Source: Amoebidium appalachense (lineage: Eukaryota > Protista > Ichthyosporea). From it: a DNA stretch of 64,000 nucleotides. Below the pieces are notes generated by a model. That model was given only the letters and a program-made list of their open reading frames with translations, was not told the origin of the DNA and did no database searches. The translations under genes were made by a program, and so were the position numbers. Shown here one piece after another: positions 1-41,730 of this stretch; positions within the stretch are counted from its first letter, which is position 1; the number at the start of each line of letters is the position of its first letter. The stretch is taken from positions 6,500,708 through 6,564,707 of the forward strand of contig CAVNZM010000017.1 in assembly GCA_963693365.1 (NCBI GenBank). Reading direction: 5' to 3'.

Positions 1-202
1 AAGAAAAACACGTGGTCAGATAGATAGCACGTGGTCAGATAAACACGTGGTCAGATAAACAGTGTCGGATAGAACACAAGCACACCAAGCACTCCTCCAC
101 AACCAACACAGTACCACCCACCCACCACACATCAGGCAGCCACAGAACCCCCCCTCCCCCCCCCCCTTTCGAGCCCAACTCCACGTGTGCATGTGCACCC
201 AC

Positions 203-23840
<23,638 letters not shown>

Positions 23841-24390
23841 CTTCCTATTTTGGGGGACTGAATGTCCCCTTTCAACTCAAGAAAGGGCACAAAATGATAT
23901 TCCGTTTTTCAACCGCCCTCCTGCAACTACCAGCAGGCAGAAAGCTCGACCAAGAGCCCTACACAAGTAGCAGGTTTTACTTGTTTTCCCTAATTTTCTC
24001 TTCTCCCAACCTTTACAAAAACCTTTTAAGAGTTTCCTTTTTTTGCCCCCTCGAATTTTCGAATGTTTTCTAAATACTCGCACTCTACACTTGCTTTTTC
24101 TGGCGAGCTGCATGAGCCACTTTTGTGCGCATGGATGTGATGATCTTTGCCTCGAGTAAACAGCGTAAACCCCCATGTGATGACATCATCATCCCAAGGA
24201 TTTGGCGCGTAACCTATATATGACTATTGATAACGCGCTTTAATTGGCTACCTTATTTTCAGCATTGAGCTATTTTTACTGTTCAATGAATCGTAGCATT
24301 TTGACTCCTTTTATAGAAAATGGCGCCAAAACATACATCCTTCAAGGTTGCGTGATTCTCGCCAGCCCTTTGTGGCCGGCAGCACCTCAC

Positions 24391-24429
<39 letters not shown>

Positions 24430-25614
24430 TTCCCCCGACCCTGGACGTTGGCAAAATATTGAGGCCCCGCCAGACCTTCCCCCACCCCTCCCCTCCCCCT
24501 CTCTTCCCCCTCCGGCCCGGAAAAGACCCTCCCAGCAAGAGCCGAGCACTTTCGAGCTCGAGCTCATCTCTTGTGTGCACAAGACACTGTGACGGGATAG
24601 CCTGCACAGACACACGTGAACAACAGAGAGGCTTGAACTTCCGTTCACACACTTGTTCGCTCCGTTTTCACTTCACGATTTCTACATTTATATTTTCGGT
24701 CGCGAAGTGTCGACTTTGAAATGAAATCCATCCTTGTGTGCTCACATAGTGGAATATTGACCCTTCGCTTTTTAGTTGCGCAACACCTTACTGCATTGCT
24801 AACTTTCACCCTCACCGTGACATTCGGACTTATGTATACATGTATACAAATCTCCTACCCAGCCTGTACATATCCATGAATAATGGTGCGAGCTCATGTG
24901 AGAAGTCCGAGGAACGAGTGGAACCTCAAAAGTTCTACAGACAGACGGATATCGGTAGACACGTGCATGAGCTTACGATCACAAGGAGCTTGCGCGTGTT
25001 ATGCTGGTGCACGTGATGTGTAGTCCTTTACTGTAGCAAACTTTTGAAAATTTAAACGGAGAGCCCGCGTCCCGCGGGTCCCGCGGACGTCGACAGCGGA
25101 GAATGGGAAAAGCAGAAAAATGTGTGCCGATAAACGTACCCAATCAGATGGCACACAGCGAATGCCTGAGTTGCGTAACTCGAGTCACCTGAAAATCGTT
25201 TCCAAAACAAACTATAGAGTCAACTTAGAAAGGCTCTCCACATGAAGAAAAAAAAATTGCAAGTATTTAAACTCTCATAATCTATAGACCATGTTTTTTT
25301 GTGCCCTTTTCCCGCCCATTGAGAGCCTTCGAAACGCCGCACAAGCAAGCTTGACTCGGAGCCTGAACTTTCTACCTGGTTTTGCATCGCTCTGCATGGA
25401 ATTTGAATGTTGACACCATGATCATCTTCTCCCTCTTCAGCTCTCTCTCTCTCTCTGAGACTCTCTCCTGCAGCTGAGTCACCTCTCACACCCGGTGTGC
25501 TTTGAACCAAAACACTTCTACTCATTCTGTACTCCCCTTGGATAGTCTGCAAGAAGAGGCGGCGCTTCTCACTCAAGTCCTATATACTTCAAAGCACCAC
25601 ACAGACATATCATC

Positions 25615-26517
25615 ATGAAGCTCTCGTTTGCGCTTTCCTTCCTGTGTGCTGGTGTTGCCCTAGCCCAGGCACCAGACGCGGTGGTGGACACGGTGTTGGA
25701 CGCCTGCGGCCTGCCCACAAACTACCAACAGACCAGCCACTGCTTCAGGTATGTGTGTGTGGGCTTGGAAGGGAACTAAGTGTCCGATGAATGATGACTG
25801 TCACGAGCAGGAACTGCACTTAGTCAAGGGACACTGAACAGGGAAACCTAGCTCGTTGTTGGAAATGGGTGGTGCACTGGGTGACTTTTTTTTGGCCTTA
25901 GATTGTTTGTTGGCTTCACAACGCTCTTTTGCCGCCTGCTATGCACATTATGCTTCGGATATATTATATCACAACAATTTCTCTCCCATAGCGTTCTGTT
26001 TATGTTTTTACGTACAACTTTGCCACGGGTAAAGGGTAAAGCAGGATCATCCTTAACATAGTTGAGCATGTCTTTCTTGTGTGTAGCTTTGAACTAACCC
26101 CTCACCCACAGAGACGTGACCCACCACACGTGCTGTATGCTCGGCCCCCAGGCACGTGCTTATGCCGATGCTTCTGGAAACCCCATCGGCACCGCTGCCT
26201 CCCAGGCGTTTATTGCCAAATATGGTCGCGCTCCCACCGATTCCGACGCCACCCCCTGGTGCACGTGTTTTGGCAGTCTCGTATGCAGTTACTATGCAAG
26301 CAAGTTCAACGATGGCACACACATCAAGTTCATCTATGAGCCTGCAAGCAACCCCCCTCAGGGTGCGTTCAATATCCCTGCGAGTGAACATTGCGAGGCA
26401 AAAGCGAGGGAGTATTTCCAAGTGCTGTCTCATGGCACACCCGGTGTGTTTCCAAAGGGCGACCCACTGCAGTGCCCACAGTATGATGTCCAGGCTAACG
26501 TAAAGCAGGTGGCTTAG
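25615..26517 (+). CDS. Secreted Cys-rich protein of unknown function (2 exons: 25615-25748, 26112-26517)
   Basis: Signal peptide MKLSFALSFLCAGVALA; a phase-2 GT-AG intron joins SHCF-R-DVTHHTCCMLGP; motifs HTCCMLG, SGNPIG and PWCTCFGSLVCSYY; ends at TAG; TATA-like tatata at ~25581. Confidence 0.85.
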
Positions 26518-26536
26518 GCAAGGTTTTTTTTTTTTT

Positions 26537-26582
<46 letters not shown>

Positions 26583-26652
26583 TCAAACGGGTGGAAATTA
26601 GTGTTTTAACGCTTGTACCAGCATCGTTGGCGTGTGTGTGTGTGTGGTTTGT

Positions 26653-26699
<47 letters not shown>

Positions 26700-28668
26700 G
26701 GTTTGAGTTGGTGCAAGCCGCTGGTGTGAAGGATGTGCCTGAGTTTTTATTATAGTTCGAAAATTAACATCAATAGAAGAAGAAGATACGTGCACTAGCT
26801 ATGCAGCAATACGTTATCGTTTTGCATATGCAATTTTCAGATCAAGATTTTAAAAATGCTGTAGAGAAAACTTTTTATACTAAAGCCTCGCTATGTAAAA
26901 GAATTTCTGAAAATTCAAACGGTTATATATGAGGATGAACAATTCAAAATAAACATGAGCTCCCAGAAGAATGATTCTATTTGTACGACTTTCAGATGGA
27001 AAGTTTTCTAAGCCCTTGTCGAACGTTGAAGCTGAAAAGTGTTCGAACAGAAGGGCTGCCGTGGGGATGGAGGGGGGGGAGGGAGGGGGGGGGGGGGGGG
27101 GGGGGAGGGGGGGACAGCAAGGACAGGATCGGCAGGATCTTAAAATGTGGACATGATAACTGCTTGTCACAATGTATACCCTCCCCCTGGTTTAGGGGGA
27201 AGAAATCGCACCTCACAAGAGCCCCCCCCCCCCCCCCCCCCTCACCCCCCCCCCCCCCCCCCGGGCCCCTTTCCCCCATCCGACCCTTCACCCTTTTCTA
27301 CCCTTCCCCCTTCAGCATAACCAACCACCACCCAAATAGTCCCAAAACTGGCACTATGGGGCTGAGGATGACCGGTGTTGCCTATTCACCATGCGAAATT
27401 CAAAACGCACTTGGACGTATAGCATAAAAAGGACACAGCGAGAGGGTGTGTGTGTGTACGGGTTCTCACACAAAAATCTAGTACTAATTACCTCATAGGT
27501 GAATTGTCTTAATCCTGAATAACCCCTGTATCTGGCATCAATACTTATGATACATACATTTAATGGACCAGTGTTCACTGAGAACAATCCTCTTTGGGAT
27601 GTATACATTTACATCATACGAAGCTTTTACTGATACGTAGGGCCCGTATACCACTTGGGAACAGAATCACCTCCAGGTGTGGCACTATAAAAACGAAGAA
27701 CGCAAAAACCTAGCGGTTTATTTGCGTTTGAACACTGGTCCATTAAATGCATGTATTATACATATTGATGCCAGATATGTACGCTAGTATAAGGCAAAAA
27801 CACAGAAGACAACACGTCCAAAACCTCGTGCAACCAATCAGAACCGCAACTAGGTACCAGGTTCGTATTATTCAAACTTTTTGTGCCACCCGGATGCCAA
27901 CTCCCCCCCCCCCCCCCCCCCCCCATCCACCTTCCTCCCCAGTCCCGCACCCCCCCCACGTACATACACACACACAAAAAAAAAAAACACACACACACAT
28001 ATATACAAACTCTTTTGTCCGGGTACTAGTACACCACAGTCACGCACATCCTGCCCACAAAAACCAGAACCACTGCACGAGAATTTCAAAAGAAACTACT
28101 TGCCAAGTTAGGTGATAGCAGCACTCTGCACGAAAGAAAAGAAAAAAAAAAAAAAAAAAAAAAAAAACCTTATAAAACAAATACCATAAACGCTAACTAG
28201 TATTGACCTTTGATCACGATAGAGCAGGAAAGGAGAACACTATTCGTTCTTTTAGAGGTCAAAGTTCCAGTAGTACTGTAATGAATAATTAAATATCATG
28301 TTTTTTCAGACGTCAGCCTCTGCTCTGTAAGTTCGGGGGAGGAGGAGGGGGGGGGGGGGGGGGGGGGGGTGCACCGTATATATGGCATGCGAGCAAAGGG
28401 GGGCAAGAGACTACTAACACTAGGGGCTGACTCACCGTGCACACACACTTGCAAACAACACGGCAGTCTGTCCTTGTGTGCAGCATAAAACTAGTTTGAT
28501 TGACGGATCTGCAAGTGAACCACAGAGTCATTTTGACCATCTAGCCCTCTCCATCGGTCAATGGCTTCTGATCCCCCCTGAAATCTATCCTCCTACCACC
28601 TAGTGGAGCCACCCATGCCCCTCCCCACCACCACCACCAACACACACACACATGCACATACACACGTG

Positions 28669-28761
<93 letters not shown>

Positions 28762-28865
28762 GAGAGAGAGAGAGAAAGAGATACAGGCACGCAAGCACGC
28801 ACCGTGACGCACACACGCACACAAACGCACACAGGCCCGTACGAACACACGCACACATGCAGCGC

Positions 28866-28897
<32 letters not shown>

Positions 28898-29324
28898 CCC
28901 CCCCCCCCCACACACACACACACAAACACACGCAGACACACATTCGTCTCCCTGCCGCCCACCGCTCCAAGTTGATTTCATTTGGCCTTCAGCGCCACAC
29001 GTGTCTGACTATCCCGTACCCATTGTCGGATGGATATTCCTGTGTGTATGACACTGTAGATATGCATGTTGATGTACGTATATTTTGACGGTTTTTTGGA
29101 TATGCCATGACATTAAGTATATGTCTGTGTACAATAATGTGGCAAGCATGTGGGTCATGAAGTGATTTAGGTTTATGCCATGATCTATGTAAATATGCGG
29201 TGCAAGACGCATATTTGCATCTCTACTAATGATGGTGTGCATACAGATTTTCCAGTGCTTCACTGACAGATCATCGCTAGAGCTTCAACTACTGTACCCC
29301 CTTTCTTCCCCCCCCCCCCCCCCT

Positions 29325-29363
<39 letters not shown>

Positions 29364-29488
29364 AAACCATGCAGTTACACCGTGAATGCATTTTTTGGTT
29401 TGGTTGGTATGTGGGCAGGGGCCGGTGGGGGGGGGAGGGGGTGGGGAGGGGGGTGGGGGTGGGGGGTCGGCGGTCCTTTCAAAATATG

Positions 29489-29610
<122 letters not shown>

Positions 29611-29618
29611 CATCTCTA

Positions 29619-29654
<36 letters not shown>

Positions 29655-29889
29655 CCCCCCCTCCCCCCTCCCCCCCTTTCCCCCTCCCCCCTCCCCCCCC
29701 CCCCCTCTTGCTCTTTCTTCCAACTCCCCCAACGGTTCTTTTCAAACACTAGCCCCCCCTCCCCCCCCCCCTCCCCCCCCGGCCCCACCACTACCACCAC
29801 CGAGGCTTTTTCATGGGCGAAAATTCCCATAGGTAGGATTGTTGGAAACTTTCAGCTTAGTGTGTGTGTGTGTGCGTGCGTGCGTGCGC

Positions 29890-29952
<63 letters not shown>

Positions 29953-29956
29953 ACAC

Positions 29957-30012
<56 letters not shown>

Positions 30013-30629
30013 AGTGTGTGTGTGTGTGTCAGTGTATGTGTGATCGTGTGTGCCAGTGTTAGTGTGTGTACGCGTGCGTGTGCGTGTGTGTGTGTGAGTA
30101 TGTGCATGTGTGTGTGTAACAGGCATGCACATGTAACGGTCTGAATAGAGAAAGGAAGGGAAAGGCGAAAGGGAGCGGGAGGGGGGAGGGAGGACTGGCA
30201 AGCTGATAGAAAAGGGCAAAGGGGGGGGGGGGGGGGAGGGTTGATTGGATAGAATCTTATGTGTGTGTGTGTGTGTGTGCGTGGGGAGGGGGGGGGGGGG
30301 GTGGTGGTGGTTAAGGGGGGAGGGGGGGAGGGGGGAGGGTGAGGGAAGGGAGGAGGCCAGGTAGGCCCGGGGGGGAAGGGGGGGAGGGGGGGGGGGGGGG
30401 GAGGGAGGAGGGGGGTGAGGGGGGGGGGGGGGGAGGGGGGGGGGCGCGCAACCCTCCGGCGGTAAAGACAAACCTGGTTCCTGACGATGGCATCACACGA
30501 GAGCGTTGACACTCCCAAGATCATAATGCAGTTCTTTACATGCTGACCCCCATACAGTAAACAGATCTACCTATCCCGTATTGCCTGACAAAGTCGCATG
30601 CAAGTTACCGTTACAGTAATATTCGGCTT

Positions 30630-30870
30630 GTGACAAATTATTCTGCTTGTTAGCAGAATTATTCTGCTCAATGCAACAGTATGAATTTGCTGCAAGCAGA
30701 ATAGTTACGCCTTTAGCAGAATAGTTCTCTACTTTTTGCTAGTAGAATATATCTGCTTTCGCAAAATAATTCGGCTGACTGTGCGTTTTGCATTTGCATA
30801 ATAGTTCTGCTCGAGGCAGAATAATTCTGCTAAGCTGAATTATTCAGCTTTTGCAGATAATTTCAGCTCG
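30630..30870. repeat. Array of about 10 degenerate 17-bp palindromes AGCAGAATWATTCTGCT
   Basis: Copies at e.g. 30652, 30815 and 30833; a related shorter array lies at 57834-57912. Confidence 0.75.
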
Positions 30871-31119
30871 CAGCAAGAGGTCTTTGATTCCTGCTGATTC
30901 AGTTGAGCCTTTACTAATAACGGATACACAGTGCAGGTTGCCAATACCTCCATGTCTTACTATGAAAAGGATAATGATTAGACAGACCGTAAGTATTTTC
31001 TTCCTATTTAATAGTAACACTGGTGCGGTGGGATGGGTCCCGAGGCTCGCGAGTTCCACGGTGGTCTCCCCCCCCTCCCCCTCCCACACACACACACACA
31101 CACTGTACGCACACACACA

Positions 31120-31206
<87 letters not shown>

Positions 31207-31292
31207 CTCCCACAGGCAGCGTTGGGGTGCCCGTGTGAGGTTGGATGGACGAGGGGGGAGGCGGGGAAGTTGGGGGGAGGGGGGGGGGGGGG

Positions 31293-31379
<87 letters not shown>

Positions 31380-32149
31380 TCCGTGGGGGAGATACAACGT
31401 TAGTAATGGTTAACTGAACCCCCAATCCTTCCCGTTTCTCAAACCGGGTGTTGCACGTAGCAATAGCACCAGGACATGCATGAGGTGCGCGCAAAACGAA
31501 CACTTTCTTGCTCTTTCCAGGTCTCATTTTTATCAAGGAGCCCTCGTATGTATCCATCCATTCCTCCCCGTCTCCACCCCCCTCCCCCCCCCCCCCCCCC
31601 TCTCCCCCCGTTTTTGGCACCAATCCCCCCAATCCCCCCAGTCCCCCCTTATCCCTTAGGGATTCTTGATTTTTGAAACGGGGAGGGGGATAGTAGTAAC
31701 AGGGGGAGGGGGGGGAGGGGGGGGGGGTCCCACCCACCTCTCCGGCTAGCGGGTGAGGGGGGGAAGGGGGAGGGGAGGTGGGAGGTGGGGAGGACTTTCA
31801 CTCCACATGCTGTCATGATGATCAGAGGGCCTGATCATAGTACTATGGTTTCGCAGCGGTTTAAATGCAAGTTCCCAAAACGCAGACATTGAAGGATATC
31901 TCCATAAATAGAATTACTTCTAGGACTCCTTAATCACCGGAAACTCAGGCTACACTGTGACCCTCCCGTCATTTGTTTGAGCCCCCCCCCCCCCCCCCCC
32001 CCCTGGGCCTGGGCGGAACTGAGTCTCAATTTCCAGTCTCTCCATTAATATTGCAGGCACACAGACACACACACACTTTCACACATACCTGCACACACAC
32101 GTACAACCGTCGGATGCATGCGTAGTGCACAAATGCGCACAAGATGAAC

Positions 32150-35780
<3,631 letters not shown>

Positions 35781-36189
35781 CACACTGCGACATGCTGCAT
35801 GCGCGCACCCATGTCACAGAATCTCGAAGGCACACAAACGTTTTTTTGAATTCCCGGACAACTTTGCTGCATTGCCTGCAGACACAAACATAGTAGTGTG
35901 AAAGGGGGTGATCACCCCACCGTGGGCATTGCACACGTGCACACACACCCATTCAATGGCCACTTCTTGAACTGCATTGAATCTGAGCATTACACAAATT
36001 ACACAAATTGATAATCACTCCGGGCCGGATAGCTATATTTTCAAGGAGAATTTTGTACACAAAGTTGAAATGAATGAACGTTCACGTGCGGCAGACGCAC
36101 ACACACGACGTCGATCGACCAAGTTGAGATCTCATGGTTTACTCCTTCTCGCCGCTTGGATCAAGAAAGAGAGAACTAGAGCGCTTAAA

Positions 36190-36430
36190 CCCTTGGCAAA
36201 TTTCCTTGAAGCAGAAGTTGCCTCCTTTCTATCGAACAACTGTTGTAAACCTGGGCCTGTAACGCTCTCGATATATGGTCTGGTCCCAATAGCTGCTAGA
36301 GTATCCCATCTCGCGCTGAAATTCAATAAGCACACAAGCCGCTTAAAGAAGTATTTGCCCTCCCACCCTCTCTTCTCTATCCGACCTGTCCCCTCCTCAC
36401 CTCTCCCCTCTTTCCTTTGCTCTCTCTCTC
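36190..36430 (+). mobile_element. Degenerate non-LTR retrotransposon ORF2 C-terminal fragment
   Basis: YGLVPIAARVSHLALKFNKHTSRL...SHPLF resembles FGLSSAVCRMEELSLRFCFHLVRLPDGHPLY at 59034-59429. Confidence 0.45.
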
Positions 36431-37050
36431 CTTCTCCCCCGGGCACAAATACAAATAGACCCCGCAAAAGTGTGCGTGTGACTTTGGACTGCCACTTACT
36501 TATTAAACATGTACACAATCACAAGATAATCACGCAATATAACAAATGGAAAAAGATACCACACGACACTAGACCCGATGAAAGCAGACACCTTGAAGAA
36601 CTAAGCCTTATGTCTCAGTTTTATATATAATGACCGCCTTAACCATATTGCCAAATATGGCACTCACAAATGTATAACACCTAAATACATATTACCTTCC
36701 TGCAGAACTGGTCTTTCTCTAGCTGATGGTATTATTGATCAATTACCACGCTTTTACTGTACACGTGCTATACAGTGGAGATCTAATAAGTATAAGGTGG
36801 CATCGTTTTCATGCCCAAACAACACACACACACCAGTTTAAACGGTCATGTATCGCCAAATGTAGTTTGATAGACCACATTACCGCAATTGCAACACACA
36901 CACGTCACATTCACAACAGACACCCAGAAAGATAGCCTACCTGTAAATTACAACATCCTTGATTTTATACTAAACACGCGTAACTACGACCTGTTTATTC
37001 GATGTATTGATTGGCTTGAGAAACACATCATTACAAAATTCTAGCGCACG

Positions 37051-37247
<197 letters not shown>

Positions 37248-37719
37248 CCAGCTGATACCGAGTGTCCCAGGGGAGCCCCCCCCCCCCCCCCCCCCCCACC
37301 CCAACAAAAAAAAAAAAAACAAAAAAAAACAAAAACGGGGAACCCCAACCAATTGATTTCTCTTAGTCTTTATGGTGTCTCGTAGTGAAAGTAAACCCTG
37401 ATATATAGTCATCAACCGACATCTATGTACGTGATCATGATATACCGCTGAGGGGATATTCCGAGCAAAAACCCCCATACCTGAGACTGGTCTCTCTTTG
37501 CCTCGAGTAAACAGCGTAAATCCCAGACCTCATATGCCATCCATGTACACGTTTACACACGCATGCACGCACACGAACACGCAAGCATACAATACACGGA
37601 AAAAGAACAAAGGTGTGCCATAGTGCTATGCGTACACCTGCCATGTATGCCTGAAGCCACGCACCTCTTTTATATAGAAAAATGCCTCGTATGCATATAC
37701 GGCATACACGGTTCAACAC

Positions 37720-37758
37720 CAAGGCCTCCTAAATAGCACTCCATTTTAGGAGGCCTTG
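37720..37758. mobile_element. 39-bp TIR micro-element with 8-bp TSD (hAT-like signature)
   Basis: TSD ttcaacac at 37712-37719 and 37759-37766; perfect 14-bp TIR caaggcctcctaaa / tttaggaggccttg. Confidence 0.75.
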
Positions 37759-38044
37759 TTCAACACTCTCAATGATTAGGGTGACGTCAGACAGTCAGAC
37801 TGACTCGAGTGAGTGCAATATTTTTTTCTTTTGACTGGATTTACGGAAAGATATGCAAGTATGCACGGCATACTGAGAAGACAATAAAAACTTCACGAGT
37901 TATCCAGTAACAAGTGCATACTGAGATACCTGAACACTGTGTGAAAATCATATAAATACTCAATGTGACGACCAACAGAATTCAACAAAAAGATCCCTAG
38001 ACGCCTTTTTATCCCTAGACGCCTTTTTGATTCTCTCTACGCAC

Positions 38045-38340
38045 TCACACCACCATCACAACGCGTACACGAATTAGCCCTTAAATTTCACGAGCACATC
38101 ACCCGCCTGTCCGCTTGTGCCCCGGACCACCCGCTCTTCCGGCTACACGCATCCCCGCCGGATTCGCCCCTCTACCTCTTCCCTTCCCCATCGTCTCTGC
38201 CCATTGCCGAGCGCTATGTGGAATGGCTGGCGACCCCCCCGGAGGTACGGCTAGATCATAGTGTAAATATGAATAGTTTCAAGTCTATGGCTGATAGATA
38301 TCTTTTTACTCTACGTGTTGAGTCCCTTCCGGTGTTAGGA
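38045..38340 (+). mobile_element. Degenerate non-LTR retrotransposon ORF2 C-terminal fragment
   Basis: TRTHELALKFHEHITRL...PDHPLF is the same motif family as at 36.3 kb and 59.2 kb. Confidence 0.45.
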
Positions 38341-38495
38341 CCGCAAAAACACCAACTACAGTATACAGGAGGCCGCCGTGGCGCAAACAGCACGAACAAT
38401 TATTATTTAGTGGTAGTTTTTTACAGGCTTGAGGCCGAGTTGCTTGCTGTGTACAGCATTGCTGTGTGTTCTATACACATCGCCTCCGGTGATTG

Positions 38496-38961
38496 TCACT
38501 GTCTCACGTTGTCTTCACTTGTGCGCTTGGCAGGCGGGGCCGAGTCCAGGGGGGCTTGCGTGAGGCGGGCGGCCGGGACGCAGCGGACGTAGGGGCCAGC
38601 CATGCGTATCGCCGTGTTGATGTTGGCTTGTAGGCAGCTTTGGCAGAAGCGGGCCACAGCGTCAGGGCCATCGACGGCGCACTTGCGGACGTGCGGGCGC
38701 ATGTAGAGCGGGACCATGCCCATTAGCTCCTGTTGCAGCAGCAACAGCTCGGGGTCGTCGTAGCGGCGTCCCGCGCGTAGGCCTCTGACGAGGGCGCCGC
38801 ACAGGCGGGCGATGCTGGTGTGCACCTTGGCGGTGGTGTTGACGAGGTGGTAGATCTCCCCCCGCAACCTCAGGCGGTCTCCCGTCCATAAGCAGCCTAT
38901 AGGCTATCATCAGCGCAGCCTCGACGGTGTTGGGAAACTCTCTCGACATTGCGACGTTCAT
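38496..38961 (-). CDS. Intronless GC/CpG-rich orphan ORF (~155 aa if one extra G in a G6 run at ~38858-38863 is removed)
   Basis: MNVAMSREFPNTVEAALMIAYRLLMDGRPPEVAG joins EIYHLVNTTAKVHTSIARLCGALVRG... after a 1-nt shift; codon usage looks coding. Confidence 0.5.
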
Positions 38962-39074
38962 TCTTTTTTTTTCCACTGCAACAATCGCAAACTGACTGAC
39001 TTTCAAACCTGTTGCACACATGTTTATGTACTGTGTGTGGTTTAGGGCTACCGGGGGGGGAGGGGGGGGAGGGG

Positions 39075-39304
39075 GAGGGCAACATGCCCCCGGTAAACTT
39101 TGAACTACGCAGTCGGGCAACATGCCCCCGGTAAACTACGCAGTCGGGCAACATGCCCCCGGTGAATTACGCAGTCGGGCAACATGCCCCCGGGGAACTA
39201 CGCAGTCGGGCAACATGCCCCCGGTGAACTACGCGGTTCAGGTAGCATGCCCCCGGTGAACTATGAAGTTGGGCAACATGCCCCCGGTGAACTATGGAGT
39301 CGGG
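39075..39304. repeat. ~31-bp minisatellite (cgggcaacatgcccccggtgaactacgcagt), about 7 copies
   Basis: Tandem copies; each unit has the mini-hairpin gggca-aca-tgccc. Confidence 0.9.
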
Positions 39305-39306
39305 TA

Positions 39307-40965
<1,659 letters not shown>

Positions 40966-40969
40966 TACT

Positions 40970-41730
40970 AGTAGCCTATATGGCGGATACGGTTAGAGAG
41001 TCTCGTTCATACATAGATTCGTTTATTCGTAATGTGGTGTGGTGTAAAAACGCAAAGATGATTATGGCTTGGCGGTGTAATCGGTTTCTGGTGTCTCCTG
41101 CTCGTATGTGTAATATGTGTGGGGGGCGGTTTACTCGCGGCTGCATTTCTATCAATAAATGCAACCTGTTAGCTAATGTATTAGAACCGGAGGTTATTGG
41201 CGGTTTTATTCTCTTTTCTTCCTCTCTTCATCAATATATCCGTTTTAAGATGACTATCCTAGATCACCTTATTAATGCTGCACAGTATGATATTGTGATC
41301 CGGTGCCTTAACTTTCTTTCGGAGCTACCGATGCTAGCATCTGCTTACCCATAATATGTAATAGGGGTGTCAGATACTACGATGGCGCTCATTGTTGCCT
41401 AGCATGTATATATGTCACTGGCTGCATTTGATTGGCTGTGCTGGAAAACGCAGTAGGCCGTCGAATGTGGCTGGCTGGGCCTCCGGCAGTGTCCGATCCA
41501 CGCAATAAAAAGTGTGTAAACCCTCTAAAGTGTTCACATTGCCAGATAGTGTAGCAGACACCCGTAGGGAAAGAGGTAAAATTTAAACGCGACATATACA
41601 CTCACACCTATCAACATGCTTACGATTAAAAAGTTCAGCACAAAAGTGGCACCAGCGGCGATGAAAACAAGAATTACAGCGCCACTTCCCAGGCAATATA
41701 AAACATCAGAGCACCATAAATACAGACTTA
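40970..41730 (+). mobile_element. Non-LTR retrotransposon 3' end (C-terminal Cys knuckle) plus downstream sequence; close inverted copy at 58740-59915
   Basis: WRCNRF...CNMCGGRFTRGC...C...TILDHLIN; 41100-41720 is near-identical to the reverse complement of 59503-59915 plus 58745-58951. Confidence 0.65.

Noticed and set aside
25783-25840. Possible C/D box snoRNA (ATGATGA...CTGA) in the intron
   Set aside because: It is short, the D box lies outside the terminal stem, and no guide sequence was recognisable.
39078-39300. p53-like half-sites (AACATGCCC) in the minisatellite
   Set aside because: Imperfect single half-sites only; not enough to support a regulatory call.
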